A stretch of DNA of 64,000 nucleotides from Heterodontus francisci (lineage: Eukaryota). A model generated the notes under the pieces. The model was not told the DNA's origin and searched no databases. It was given only the letters and a program-made list of their open reading frames with translations. The stretch covers positions 111,404,351 through 111,468,350 of the forward strand of contig NC_090378.1 in NCBI RefSeq assembly GCF_036365525.1, given 5' to 3'. Made by a program: the position numbers and the translations under genes. Below, one piece after another: positions 1 through 13,293 of this stretch; position 1 is the stretch's first letter, and each line of letters starts with the position of its first letter.

Positions 1-784
1 CTCTGAGCTGGAGAGGAACTTGCAGTGGGAGGGGGAGGATCCAGTTGGTACATGTGGGTACCAATGACATAGATAGAACTTGGAAAGAGGTTCTGCATTG
101 AGAGTATGAGCAGCTCGGGGCTAAATGAAAAAGCAGAACCTCAAAGGTAATAATCTCTGAGTTATTACCTAAGCCACAAACAAATTGGAGTAGGGTAAAT
201 AAGATTAGAGAGTTAAATGGGGGCTCAAAGATTTATGTGGGAAAAATGGATTTGATTCATGGGGCACTGGTACCAGTACTGGGGAAAGTGGGCACTGTAC
301 CATTGGGATGGTCTTCACCTGAACCATGCTGGGACCAGTGTTCTGGCGAGTCATTTAACCAGGGCAGTAAAGAGGGCTTTAAACAATAGTGGGGATGAGG
401 GATCAAATGAGGGACGATATGATAATTTAGAGAGAGTGAAGGCAAGAGAGCAAGGAAGCAATAAAGGAATTGATAATCTGAGTGTGGCAGAAAGCGAAGA
501 TTTGTCAGGAAGCAAAACTGGTAACAGGAAATAGAAAAGTAGCAAGCAAAATTAGAAGACAAATGAAGCGAAGGCAAGCATCAAATAGGATCAGAATATG
601 GAATAATGTTATTCATCATTTAGGAATAATAGGCAAAAACGAAAAGGAAGTGGGGTAGCGCTCTTAATAAAGGATGAGATCAGTACATTATTGAGAGACT
701 ATCTTAGATTGAAGGAGCAAGATGTAGAATCAATTTGGATGGAGCTAAGAAACAGCAAGGGGCAGCAAACATTGGTGGGAGTTG

Positions 785-1147
785 TTTGATTTGATTTAGA
801 TTTGATTTAGAGATACAGCACTGAAACAGGCCCTTCGGCCCACCGAGTCTGTGCCGACCATTAACCACCCATTTATACTAATCCTACACTAATCCCATAT
901 TCCTACCACATCCTCACCTGTCCCTATATTCCCCTACCACCTACCTATACTAGGGGCAATTTATAATGGCCAATTTACCTATCAACCTGCAAGTCTTTTT
1001 GGCTGTGGGAGGAAACCGGAGCAACCGGAGGAAACCCACGCAGACACAGGGAGAACTTGCAAACTCCACGCAGGCAGTACTCAGAATTGAACCCGGGTCG
1101 CTGGAGCTGTGAGGCTGCGGTGCTAACCACTGCGCCACTGTGCCGCC
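785..1147 (-). mobile_element. HE1-type tRNA-derived V-SINE
   Basis: The minus strand reads GGCACAGTGGCGCAGTGGTTAGCAC (A box), GGGTTCAATTC (B box), the V-domain GCGTGGGTTTCCTCCGG..TCCGGTTTCCTCCCAC, a CR1-like 3' end GGGCCGAAGGGCCTGTTTC and a short tandem tail. Near-identical to the copies at 12676 and 24282. Confidence 0.9.
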
Positions 1148-2411
1148 AAACAGTAATGGTTATATTGGGCACGGTATAAATCAGGAAATTAGAGGTGCAT
1201 GTAACAATGGTAATGCAGTAATACTGGGTGAATTCAATTTACATATAGATTGGGTAAACCTAATCAGCACTAATGCTGTGGAAGATGAATTCCTGGAGTG
1301 AGTATGAGATGGATTCCTGGAGCAGTACATTGAAGAACCAACTAGGGATCAGGCTATTTTAGATTTCGTATTTAACCTTGCTGTAAAGGAGCCTTTGGGA
1401 AATAGTGACCATAATATGCTATAATTTTACATTAAGTTTGAAAGTGATATAGTTAATTCTGAAACTAGAGTCGTAAATCTCAACAAAGGAAACTACGAAG
1501 GTATGAGGGGCAAGTTAGCTATGGTGGATTGGAAAATACATTAAAAGATTTGATGGTAGACAGGCAATAGCTGGTATTTAAAGAAGTATTACATGGTCTA
1601 CATCTAATATACATTCCCCTAAGACACAAAAAACCAACAGGAAAGATGAATCAACTGTGGCTAAGAAGTTAAAGATTGCATTAGATCAAAGTTAGTGGCT
1701 TATAAGGTTGCCAGAAAAAGTGGTAAACCCAAGGATTGGGAGCAATTTAGGATCTAGCAAAGGATGACCAAGAAATTGACAAAGAAAGGGAAAGGAATGC
1801 AAGCTAACGAGAAACATAAAGGCGGACTGTAACAGCTTCTTTAGATATTTGAAAAGGAAAAGATTAGGGAGGACAAATGTGGGCCCATTACAGATGGACA
1901 CAGGAGAATTTATAATGGAGAATAGGGAAACACCGGAGAAACTAAACAATTACTTTGTGTCTTTTTTCATGGAGAAAGATACAGAAATCTCACAGAAATA
2001 CTAGGGAACCAAAGGACTTGTGAAAATGAGGAACTGAAAGAAATCAGTATTAATCAAGAGGTCGTACTTGAAAAATAAACTGGATTGAAGGTTGACAAAT
2101 CCCCTGGATGAGATGAGCAACATCCCAGAGTGTTGAAGGAGGTAGTTATAGAGATAGTGGATACATTGGTGGTTTCTATAGATTCTGGAAAGGTTCCTGC
2201 AGACTGGAAAGTAGCAAATGTAACCCCACTATTTAAGAAAGGAGGGTGATAGAAAATGGGGAACTACAGACTGTTAGTTTGACGGTAATAGGAAAAATGT
2301 TAGAATCTATTATAAAGGATGTGATAACTCATGAGATAAGACACTTAGAAAATAATGACATGATTGGGCAGAGTCAACATGGATTAGTGAAAAGGAAATC
2401 ATGTTTGACCA

Positions 2412-2564
2412 ACAAACAAAGAACAAAGAACAGTACAACACAGGAACAGGCCATTCGGCCCTCCAAGCCTGCGCCGATCTTGATGCCTGCCGAAACTAAC
2501 ACCTTCTGCACTTCCGTGGTCCATATCCCTCTATTCCCTTCCTATTCATGTATTTGTCAAGATG
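2412..2564 (-). mobile_element. Short CR1 3' tail inserted into an older CR1
   Basis: ACAAAGA tandem tail and CAGGAACAGGCC..TCGGCCCTCCAAGCCTGCGCCGATC, matching the tail of the copy at 40830. It interrupts the host RT at KSCLT|N. Confidence 0.75.
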
Positions 2565-2959
2565 TTGGAGTTTTTTGAGGATGTTACTTGTAGCATAGAT
2601 AAAGGAGAACCAGTGGATGTGGTGTATCTGAATTTTCAGAAGGCTTTATATCAGGTCCCACACAGGAGGATAGTAAACAAAATTAGAGCACATGTGATTG
2701 GGGGTAATATATTGATATGGCTGTGCTAAAATGTCACTGACAGATGCACTAAATGTGCATCCAGGATTCCCACATGATATCAGATCCCCTGCTCCCTAAG
2801 CATCTCCGAGGTAATATCGGTGCCAAAATGTTCATTCATTCAGGAGGTGAGAAAGAGTAAGAAATGGGTAGATGATGGGCACTCTCCCAGAGGCCTTATT
2901 CTACAATGCAACGTCAGAGGATAAGATACTGAATCAAGATTAAATAGACCTCCAATTCC

Positions 2960-3110
2960 AAAGCAAACCTAGACAAGGCAAGACAAACCAAACAAAGCCT
3001 AGTCAACGGCAAGGCAGGCAAAACAAAACCAAGTCAAGCCAAAACATTCTGAATTACACCAAGCCACATCATGACAAGCAAGGTTAAACCAAACCAAATC
3101 AAACCATGTG
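2960..3110. repeat. Degenerate A-rich pentamer-like low-complexity repeat
   Basis: Runs of caaac/caagg/aaacc-type units. Confidence 0.55.
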
Positions 3111-3189
3111 AACTAGCGACAGATTGGTAGCTTTCACTTTCTAGGTATCTTACAGGTATGTGATTGTACTGATTAGATCCAAGTATTAT

Positions 3190-3790
3190 ATACCCCTGAA
3201 GAGGGTGGAGAGCAGATTTACTCGAATTATACCATCGATGAGGGACTTCAGTTATGTGGAGGGACTGAAGAAGTTAGGATTGTTCCCTTCAGAGCAGAGA
3301 ATGTTAAGGAGAGATTTAACAGAGGTGTTCAAAATTCCGAGCTGCTTTAATAGAGAAACTGTGTCCACTGGCAGGGGTGTCAGTAACCAGAGGCCACAGA
3401 TTTAAGATAATTGGTTAAAAAAAAGAGGGAGATGAGGAGTGTCTTTTTATGCAGTAAGTGTTGAGCAAGGGAGTGGGACTATCTGGATAGCTCTTTCAAA
3501 GAACCAGCACAGGCAAGATGGGCCGAATAGCTTCCTGTTTTGCTGTATCAATCTATGTTTCACCACTGGGTCATGACCTGGAACTCGCCATCCACAAGGG
3601 TAGTGGAAGCGGAGACAATCAATGACTTCAAGGTGAAATTGGATGGCCACTTGAAGGAAATAGACTTGCAGAGCTACAGGGATTGAGCAGGTGAGAGGGA
3701 CTGACTGAGTAGCTCCGCAGAGAGCCGGCATGGACCTGATGGGTTGAATGGCCTCCTTCTGTGCCGAAAATGATTATGATTCTATGACCT
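3190..3790 (+). mobile_element. CR1 3' fragments
   Basis: LKRVESRFTRIIP..LGLF..QRMLRRDLTEVFKI remnant with an (att)ctatg tail. A second tail segment is nested at about 3455-3560. Confidence 0.75.
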
Positions 3791-4769
3791 GTTCTGCCTG
3801 TTGCCCAGGATGGATCACGGGATTCTGATCTAGTCGTCTTCGATGACCACTTCCTGTTACTTCTACTTGATCCATATAGTCTTGCACATGAGCCTGACTG
3901 TAGGAATGGAGCTTAAAGGCAGTGAATTATTTGATTTCAATGACACCATCGAGACCAGTTCTGTTGGATGCCATGTAGAGTGCGTCTTTAGCCCCAGAAC
4001 CAGACCAGCGCTGCAGCAGTCAAGTAACCACTAAATACATTGAGTGACGTACAAATCTTTTGAACTGGGTTTCCAGTGTAGTTTTATGCTGCAGACAAAC
4101 TCCTCAAACATGCAGTTTTCATAGGATTAATGCAGCCACTGCATAGAAGGAAAAGCTGTTCTTTGAAGCCCTCTCTCAACTCATGCCATCAATGGACTAT
4201 TGAAGCACAGATCTGAGAGATAAAAGGGTAGTGTTACAACACATTGTTAGATCTATCTCCTCCTTTATCTTTGCCGAGTGTCAAGGCAAAGGTAGACCTG
4301 AAATGTGAAGGCTGATGTTCTTGTCCTTGTTAGGCCAGGGATTCTAAAACTAGGGAGTCTAACTAATGAATGTATTAAAAAGCATGAGGAGGACAAAATT
4401 AACTAAGCAGCATGTTATTGTGGAAATTAAACCTCCAGGAGTCAATTTAAGTTTCTGTGTCTGCTTTTTAAGATAGCCATATAGGCTGAGAGTCAAAGTA
4501 CTGAAGTTGACTAGTTAATGCCCCTTCAAATCTGTCATCCGTGCTGTAATCAGGTTATGAGGCATTGCTCAATGCATCTGTGACACCTAGTGCTAGAACA
4601 TTCCAAGAATGGCTCCACTTGAAAAGCTCTTAACAGGCTGCAAGGAGCTTTGGGATGTCCTGGGATGGTGAAAGGTGATACATAAATGCAAGTCTTTTTT
4701 CTTGAAGAACATGACTAGTATACCAGTTCTTAGATGTATATATCTATATATATTAAAAAGAGCGTGCAC

Positions 4770-5370
4770 AAATTTAAAGGGGGTTCAAAAGAAGACAGAC
4801 CTGGGGATTCACATACACAAATCTTTGAAGGGGGCAGGGCAAGTTGATAAAGCTGTTGAAAAGTATACGAGTTCCTGAGCTTTATAAATAAAGCCATAAA
4901 TGGTAAACCTTTATAAATCACTGCTTTGGCTTGAGCTGCAATATTGTGTCCAATTCTGGGCACTACACTTTAGAAAGGATGTTAAGGGCCTGTAAAGAGT
5001 GCAGAGGAGATTTACCAGATGGGAAGAGGGATGAGGGACTTTAGTTCTGTGGAGAGTCTGGAGAAGCTGGGGTTGTTCCCCTTGCAGCAGAGAAGGTTAA
5101 AGGAAGTTTCCACTGGCAGATAATTGCCAAAAAAGCCAGGGGAAGGTGAGGAGAAATTTTACACTCAGGGAATTGTTGTGATTTGGAATGCACTACCTGA
5201 AAGGGTAGTGAAAACAGATTCAACAGTAACTTCCAAAAGTGAATTGGATATCATTTTGAAAAGGGGAAATAGCAGGGAGAGTGAGACTAATTGGATCGCT
5301 CTTTCAAAGAGCCAACGTGATGAGCTAAATAGTCTCCTTCTATACGGTATCTTTCTATAATTCTATGATA
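4770..5370 (+). mobile_element. CR1 3' fragment
   Basis: DLGIHIHKSLK and IWNALPERVV remnants, with a ttctat tail. Confidence 0.75.
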
Positions 5371-5854
5371 TAAATTGATTAGTTGTCCACTTTGAAGATC
5401 TTTAATATGGTGTCCAGTTGAAACGTCAGCCTCCATTTGCATACTTAAACCTAAGGCTTCGTCTAATGCTAAGATTCATCACCTCCAATCTAATCGATCT
5501 CAATGGAGAGGAAGCCACGATCATTGCTCAGCATTGGATTAAAGCCAGGTCTAAGGGGCCCTCATTTTACAACTTTTCTATCACCGCCTAAAGCACTATT
5601 TGTGTCCTGGCCAAATTTGATCCAACTCCATGAGATGAGAGGACACCTCCCTTTTGCAGAACTCCCTGCCACCACCCCCCCGCACCCAACCCGCCCACCC
5701 CCCAACTCTGCTTATAGCATGAGCTCTATTTGTTTTTATTCTGTAAGTTCAAGCAATGATAATGTAGCAACATGGAGTCCCCATTGTCTTCAGCTACTTT
5801 CTCTTTCATTAAATTCACTGACTGCATTAAAATGGTACACATCAAGTCTATTTA

Positions 5855-6485
<631 letters not shown>

Positions 6486-6489
6486 TTAT

Positions 6490-7530
6490 AGTCATAGAAT
6501 CATTACGGCACAGAAAGAGGCCATTTGGCGTATCAACTACATGCTGGCGCTCTGTTGATCAATCCATTCAGTCCCATTCCCCTGCTCGATCCCCATAGCC
6601 CTCTAAGTTTATTTCCCTCAAGTGCCCATCTAATTTTCCTTTGAAATCATTCATCATCTCCACTTCTACCAACCTCATCGGCAGCGAGTTCCAGGTCATT
6701 ATCACTCGAAGTGTAAAAAAGGTCTTCCTCACATCCCCCTGCATCTTCTGCCTAAAGTCTTAAATCTGTGTCCCCGAGTCCTTGTACCGTCAGCTAATGG
6801 GAACAACTTTTCTTTGCCTACCTTATCTAACCTGTCATAATCTTGTACTCCACTATCAAACCTTCCCTCAATCTCCTCTGCTCTGAGGACAACAACCCCA
6901 GCTTTTCCAACCTATCCTTGCAGCTAAAATCCCTCATCCAAGGAACTATTCTGGTAAATCTCCTCTGCACCCTTTCAAGGATCCTCACAGCCTTCCTTGT
7001 GGTGACCAGAACTGGATGCAATACTCTACTTGGGGCCGAAGCAGAGCTTTATAAAATGTCAGCATAACCTCCCTACTTTTGTGCTCAAAACTTCTATTTA
7101 TGAAGCCCAAGATCCCATATGCTTTACTAACCACTCTCTCAATATGTCAATATCAAAGATCTATGCACATGAACTCCCAGATCCCTGTCCCCCGATAGTC
7201 TTTAGAACTGTGCCGTTAAGTCTATATTGCCTCTCCCTATCCCTTCTGCCAAAATGCACCACTTCACACTTTTCGGTACTAAATTCCATCTACCACTCTG
7301 CCAGCCTATCTATGTCCTGTTGCAGTCGATTTGTATCATCCTCACTGTTTGCCAAACCTCTAAGTTTGGCACCGTCGTCAAATTTTGAAATTGTACTTTG
7401 TATTCCAATATCCATATCATTGATACCTATCAAAAAAAGCAGTGGTCCTACCACTGAACCTTGGGGCAACACTACTGTCTATCATCCTCCAATCTGAAAA
7501 AAAGCTATTTATCATGACCCACTGTATTGT
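6490..7530 (-). mobile_element. CR1 3' fragment
   Basis: PQGSVVGPLLFLIGIND, KFDDGAKL and LERVQRRFTRIVP remnants. The tail closely resembles 38965-39428. Confidence 0.85.
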
Positions 7531-10500
7531 GTCATAGAGTCACAGAGTCAGAAAGTCGTACAGCATAGAAACAGGCCCTTTGGTCCACCGCATCCATGCC
7601 AACCATAATGCCTATACTAATCCCACCTGCCTGCATTAATTCCATATCCCTCTATGCCTTGCTCATTCAAGTACCTGTCCAGAAGCCTCTTAAATGTCGC
7701 TACAGTTCCTGCCTCCACCAGCTCCTCAGGTAGCTCATTCCAGATACCCACTATTCTTTGTGTGAAAAATGTACCCCTTTGATCCCCTTTAAACCTCCTC
7801 CCGCTCACCTTAAATCTATGCCCTTTGGTTTTAGTCACCCCTACCATGGGAAACAGAGTCTGGCTATCTACCCTATCTATGTCTCTCATAATTTTATATA
7901 CCTCTATCATGTCCCCTCTCAGCCTCTTTTGCTCCAGGGAAAACAGACCCAACCTATCCAATCTCTCTTTATAACTCAAGCCTACCAAACCAGGCAACAT
8001 CCTTGTGAATCTTTTCTGCACCCTCTCTAGCTTAATCACATCTTTCCTGTCGTGCGGCGACCAGAACTGCACACAATACTCCAAATGCGGCCTAACCAAC
8101 GTTATGTACAACTGTAACATGATGTCCCAACTCTTGTACTCCATGCTTCGGCCGATGAAGGCAAGCATGCCATATGCCTTCTTCACCACCCTGTCTACCT
8201 ATGTTGCCACTTTCAGGGAACTATGTACTTGCACCCCAAGGTGTCTCTGCTCAAGAACACTCCCCAGGGCCCTGCCATTCACTGTATATGTCCTGCCCTG
8301 GTTTAACTTCCCATTTAACTGCGTTAAATTCCATTTGCCACTCCCTTGCCCACTTTCCCAGTTGATCTGTAAGCTGTTGTAACCTTAGACAACCTTCTTC
8401 AGTGTCCACTATACCTTCAATTTTGGTATCATCTGCAAACTTACGAATCATGCCCCTTACATTCACATCCAAGTCATTAATATAGATGACAAACAACAGC
8501 GGGCCCAGCACCGATCCCTGCGGCACACCACTGGTCACCGGCCTCCAATCTGAAAAACAACCCTCCACTACCACCCTCTGCCTCCTATCACCAAGCCAAT
8601 TTTGTATCCAATTTGCTAGCTCACCCTGGATCCCATTTGTTTGAACCTTCTGGACCAGCCTACCATGCGGGACCTTGTCAAAGGCCTTGCTAAAGTCCAT
8701 GTAGACAACGTCCATCGCCCTGCCCTCGTCAATCCTCTTGGTCACCTCCTCAAAAAACTCAATCAAATTTGAGAGACATGATCTCCCATGCACAAAGTCA
8801 TGCTGACTATCCCTAATCAGACCATGCCTTTCCAAATGCATATAAATCCTGTCTCTCAGAATCCCTTCCAATAACTTTCCTACCACTGATGTAAGGCTCA
8901 CCAGCCTGTAGTTCCCTGGCTTATCCCTGTTGCCCTTCTTAAATAAAGGCACAACATTAGCTATCATCCAGGTCTTCCGGTACCTCACCCGTGGCTAACG
9001 ATGATACAAAAATCTCTGCCAGGTCCCCAGCAATCTCCTCCCTTGCTTCCCATAGCATCCTAGGATACACCTGGTCAGGCCCTGGGGATTTATCCACCTT
9101 AATGCACTTCAAAATCTCCAACACCTCCTCCTTTGTAATGTTGATATGCGCCAGGATATCGGTGTTCCCTCCCTTGAACTCACTAGCTTCCATGACCTTC
9201 TCCATGGTAAATACGGATGAGAAATATTCATTTAAGACCTCGCCCATTTCCCGTGGCTCCACACATAGATTGCCACACTGATCCTTAAGGGGACCTACTC
9301 TCCCTAGCTACCCATTTACTCTTAATAAACTTATAGAATCTTTTAGGATACTCCTTTATCTTATCTGCCAGGGAAATCTCATGGCCCCTTTTCGCCCTCC
9401 TAATTTCCTTCTTAAGTGTAGTCCTACATCCCCTATACTCCTCGAGGGACTCGCTTGGTCCCAGCTGCCTATTCCTGACATATGCCTCCTTCTTTGCCCT
9501 GACCAGACCCTCAATATCCCTCGTCAACCAAGGTTCCCTAAACTTTTCAGCCTTGCCCTTCCATCTAACAGGAACATGCCGGCCCTGAACTCTTCCTATC
9601 TCACTTTTTAAAGCCTCCCACTTGCCAGACATCCCTTTACCTGTAAACAGCCTCTCCCATTCAACTTTTGAGAGTTCCTGTCTGATGCCATCGAAATTAG
9701 CCTTCCCCCAATTTAGGACTTCAACCTGAGGACCAGTCTTATCCTTTTCCATAACAATCTTGAAGCTAATAGAGTTATGGTCACTGGTCCCAAAGTGCTC
9801 CCCCACTGACACATCAACCACCTGCCCATCCTCATTTCCTAAGAGGAGGTCGAGTGTAGCCCCTTCTCTAGTAGGACCATCCACATACTGCTTCAGAAAA
9901 CTATCCTGGACACACTTAACAAATTCTTCCCCATCTGATCCCTTAGCACTAATGCAGTCCCAGTCAATATTAGGGAAGTTAAAATCACCTACTATTCTTT
10001 TGGGCCTCCTTATCTCGAGAGACAATGGATACGCGCCTGGAGGTGGTCAGTGGTTTGTGAAGCAGCGCCTGGAGTGGCTATAAAGGCCAATTCTGGAGTA
10101 ACAGGCTCTTCCACAGGTGCTGCAGAGAAATTTGTTTGTTGGACCTACTATTACAACCCTATAATTCATACACCTATCTGTGATTTCCCTACATATATGC
10201 GCCTCCACTTCCCTCTGACTATTGGGGGGCCTATAGTATAATCCCATCAAAGTGATCACCCCTTTCTTATTTCTAAGTTCTACCCATATGACCTCGCTGG
10301 ACATTCCCCTGGGATCTCCTCTCTGACTACTGCTGTGATGTCCTCCCTAATCAATAGTGCAACTCCCCCTCCTCTCTTACCTCCACCTCTGTCACGCCGG
10401 AAGGAATGTTACCCCGGAACATTGAGCTGCTAACCCTGCCCATCCCTCAACCACATTTCCGTAATAGCTATAATATCACAATCCCATGTACCGATCCATG

Positions 10501-10630
10501 CTCTGAGTTCATCTGCCTTACCTGTAAGACTTCTTGCAATAAAGTAAATGCAGTTTAGCCTACCAGACCTTCCACGCTCCCTGTCCTGCCCCTGCCCGGC
10601 CTGCCTACTGGACTTGCTTGCTTTAACCTT
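7531..10630 (-). mobile_element. CR1 LINE with nearly complete ORF2 (APE endonuclease and RT), disrupted
   Basis: ORF fragments GLYYRPPNS, GDFNFPNIDW, LDLLL, SDHN, KSPGPD, DFSKAFDKVPH, GVPQGSVLGPLLF, FADD, LVRPHLEYCVQFWSP, WNELP, plus a tandem tail at 7531-7560. Confidence 0.95.
9997..10142 (-). mobile_element. 5'-truncated RTE-clade LINE 3' end with 10-bp TSD
   Basis: Encodes FLCSTCGRACYSRIGLYSHSRRC, the RTE C-terminal Cys/His motif. Flanked by ACCTACTATT at 9987-9996 and 10143-10152, inside the CR1 endonuclease region. Confidence 0.85.
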
Positions 10631-10642
10631 GCTTTATTGGTA

Positions 10643-11081
10643 GGCGGTGGCGTAGTGGTATTGTCACTGGACTAGTAACCCAGAGACCCAGGTATTGCTC
10701 TAGGGACATGGGTTCGAATCCGACCACATCAGAAGGTGGAATTTGAATTCAATTAATAAATCTGGAATTAAAAGCTAGTCTAACGATGGCCATGAAACCA
10801 TTGTCGATTCACTAATGTCCTTTAGGGAAGGAAATCTGCTGTCCTTACCTGGTCTGGCCTACATGTGACTCCAGACCCACAGCAATGTGGTTAACTCTTA
10901 CATGCCCTCTGAAATGGCCTAGCAAGCCACTCAGTTGTACCAAACCGCTACAAAGTTAATAAAAAGGACTGAAAGCGGACGGACCACCCGGCATCAACCT
11001 AGGTACCGGAAACGACAACGGCAAACCCAGCCCTGTCGACCCTGCAAAGTCCTCCTTACTAACATCTGGGGGCTTGTGCCA
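10643..11081 (+). mobile_element. tRNA-like head running into a putative LINE 5' UTR and ORF start
   Basis: A box TGGCGTAGTGG (10648-10658) and B box GGTTCGAATCC (10711-10721). Ends in PCKVLLTNIWGLVP, which resembles the first strand of an APE endonuclease. Confidence 0.65.
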
Positions 11082-12120
11082 TCCAGACCAGGTGACTTCT
11101 CCACTCTAAGCATAACCAGCCTTTCCAGTGCATCCTGCCTATCAATTTTCACCCCATCCATTACCTCTAGCATCTCCATTTCTACTGATATTTTGTCAGC
11201 ACCCTCTTCCTTAGTAAACACCGATACAATGTATTCATTAAATATTTTATCCTTGCCTTGTGTCTCTAAACACATATCACCCACTTTGTCCCTAATAGGA
11301 CCCACCCCACTTCTTACTACCGAGATGCCAGATGATGATTTTTGGGTTCCCTGTATGTTAACTGCCATTCCAATCTCATATTCTCTCTTTGCCAGTCTTA
11401 TTTTCCTCTTCACTTCCCCTCTCAACTTATTGTATTTGGCCTGGTTCTGTCTTGAAGAATTCACCTGACATGCCCCATACACCCTCTTTTTTTTGTTTCA
11501 TCATTTTCTCTATCCTTCTCAGCATACCATGAGCCCTGCCTTTGTTCCTTCGCTTTCGCCCTTGCTGGAATGTACCTAGCCTGTACCTGAAGTATCTCTT
11601 CAGTTACAATTTTTCCAGTCTGTCTTTTCTTCCATTTTACCCTGGCTAGATCCCCCTCTCATCCCATAGAAGTTAGCCCTCTTCCAATTTAGAAGTTCTA
11701 CTTTAGATTGTTCCTTGCTCTTCCCCATTATTAAACTACACCTTGTGATACGATGATCACTCTTACCCAAGTGCTCCCCCATAGACATTTGGTCCACTTG
11801 GCCCACCTCATTCCCCAGCATCAGATGCAGCAATACCTCCTTTCTCATTGAACCGAGAACACACTGGTGAAGGACATTCTCTAGAGCACATTTCAATAAT
11901 TCCTCCCCCTCCTTTGCCCTTACTCTAAAATTATCCCAACCGATACTTGGGTAGTTAAAGTCCCCCAATATCACCACTCTATAGTTCTTGCATATCTCTG
12001 TGATTTCCCTGCAGATTTGCTCCTCTCTCTCTCTCTCACTATTTGGAGGCCTACAGAATACTCTCAGTCACATGAACATAACCTTCTTGTTTCTCAACTC
12101 TAACCAAATGGGTTTTGTTT
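11082..12120 (-). mobile_element. CR1 fragment (endonuclease and linker)
   Basis: VILGDFNYPSIGW, GKSDH, NWKRANF and KSPGLDG remnants. Confidence 0.85.
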
Positions 12121-12675
12121 TATAACATTCCTGTAAAGCACCGTAGAACATTTCATTATGTTAAAGGTGTTATATAAACTCAAGTGACTGTTGTTGTAAC
12201 ATATAGATAGAAACCCAATTACATTATAATGTGTCATAAGACTATAGCTGGATCTCAATGAGGTTGATGGTATGAACTAGCACTGACCCAGAGCTGTGTG
12301 TGTCAGGAGTTCAAATCGGAGTATCAGGCACAGAGATTAGTGCAACATTTTCATTATCCACTGGATTTACCACCCGCCCCCAAAGGAATGTGCGAAAAGT
12401 TGGACATGCTAACCTGTGACTTTGATTAGTGCTGGCAAGGCAGCAGGGTCCATGCCCACAGTGCTAATCTAATAAAGAGTCAGTCTAGGTCAGCACAGCA
12501 ATACAATTAATATCCCTATAAATGCATTTGGACTGCTAACTCAGCTTCTTAGTAGACACTATTTATCAAACCATGAGCCCCTGGTGAGCCCTGATTCATT
12601 TAATTGTTGGTAGAGATTTTCAATTTACCAATCCCATTTTTCCCTCTGTACGGTACATTCACAAGTGGCACAAGT

Positions 12676-13033
12676 GGCACAGTGGCGCAGTGGTTAGCAC
12701 TGCAGCCTCACAGCTCCAGGGACCCGGGTTCGATTCTGGGTACTGCCTGTGCGGAGTTTGCAGGTTCTCCCTGTGTCTGCGTGGGTTTCCTCCGGGTGCT
12801 CCGGTTTCCTCCCACATGCCAAAGACTTGCAGGTTGATAGGTTAATTGGCCATTATAAATTGCCCCTAGTATAGGTAGGTGGTAGGGAAATATATAGGGA
12901 CAGATGGGGATGTGATAGGAATATGGGACTAGTGTAGGATTAGTATAAATGGGTGGTTGATGGTCGGCACAGACTCGGTGGGCCGAAGGGCCTGTTTCAG
13001 TGCTGTATCTCTAAACTAAAAAACTAAACTAAA
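12676..13033 (+). mobile_element. HE1-type tRNA-derived V-SINE
   Basis: GGCACAGTGGCGCAGTGGTTAGCAC..GGGTTCGATTC, V-domain, CR1-like 3' end and (CTAAA)n tail. Confidence 0.9.
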
Positions 13034-13293
13034 ATCGCAAACAGACTTTATTTTTAAGACCCAGGGTTTATGATTCCGTTACACGTGGTGCACCGAGGAA
13101 ATCTTCCCCCACTGTACAACTCCCATCCCCATTCCAGTAAAATTCTGTTAAAGATTCCCCCCTCCATAGGTGAGCTCTGAAAGTGAGAGATGTTTGTTGA
13201 GTAAGAGTATCAAAGGATATGGAGTGAAGGCGGGTGAATGCAGTTGAGATACAGATCAGCCATGATCTGACTGAATGGGCCAAATGGACTCCT

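Larger units (their letters stand above)
1..2720 (+). mobile_element. Decayed CR1 LINE (ORF1 esterase remnant, then ORF2 EN and start of RT), interrupted by nested insertions
   Basis: Remnant motifs VHVGTNDI (~48-71) and DGLHLN (SGNH-esterase-type ORF1), followed by EN/RT remnants (SDHN, ANVTPLFKKG, SQHG, KSCLT). Many stops and frameshifts. Confidence 0.85.

Noticed and set aside
12676-12750. Functional tRNA genes at the SINE heads (also 1075-1147, 24550-24622 and 10643-10725)
   Set aside because: A/B boxes are present but continue into SINE or LINE bodies, and I could not see a complete cloverleaf with an acceptor stem.
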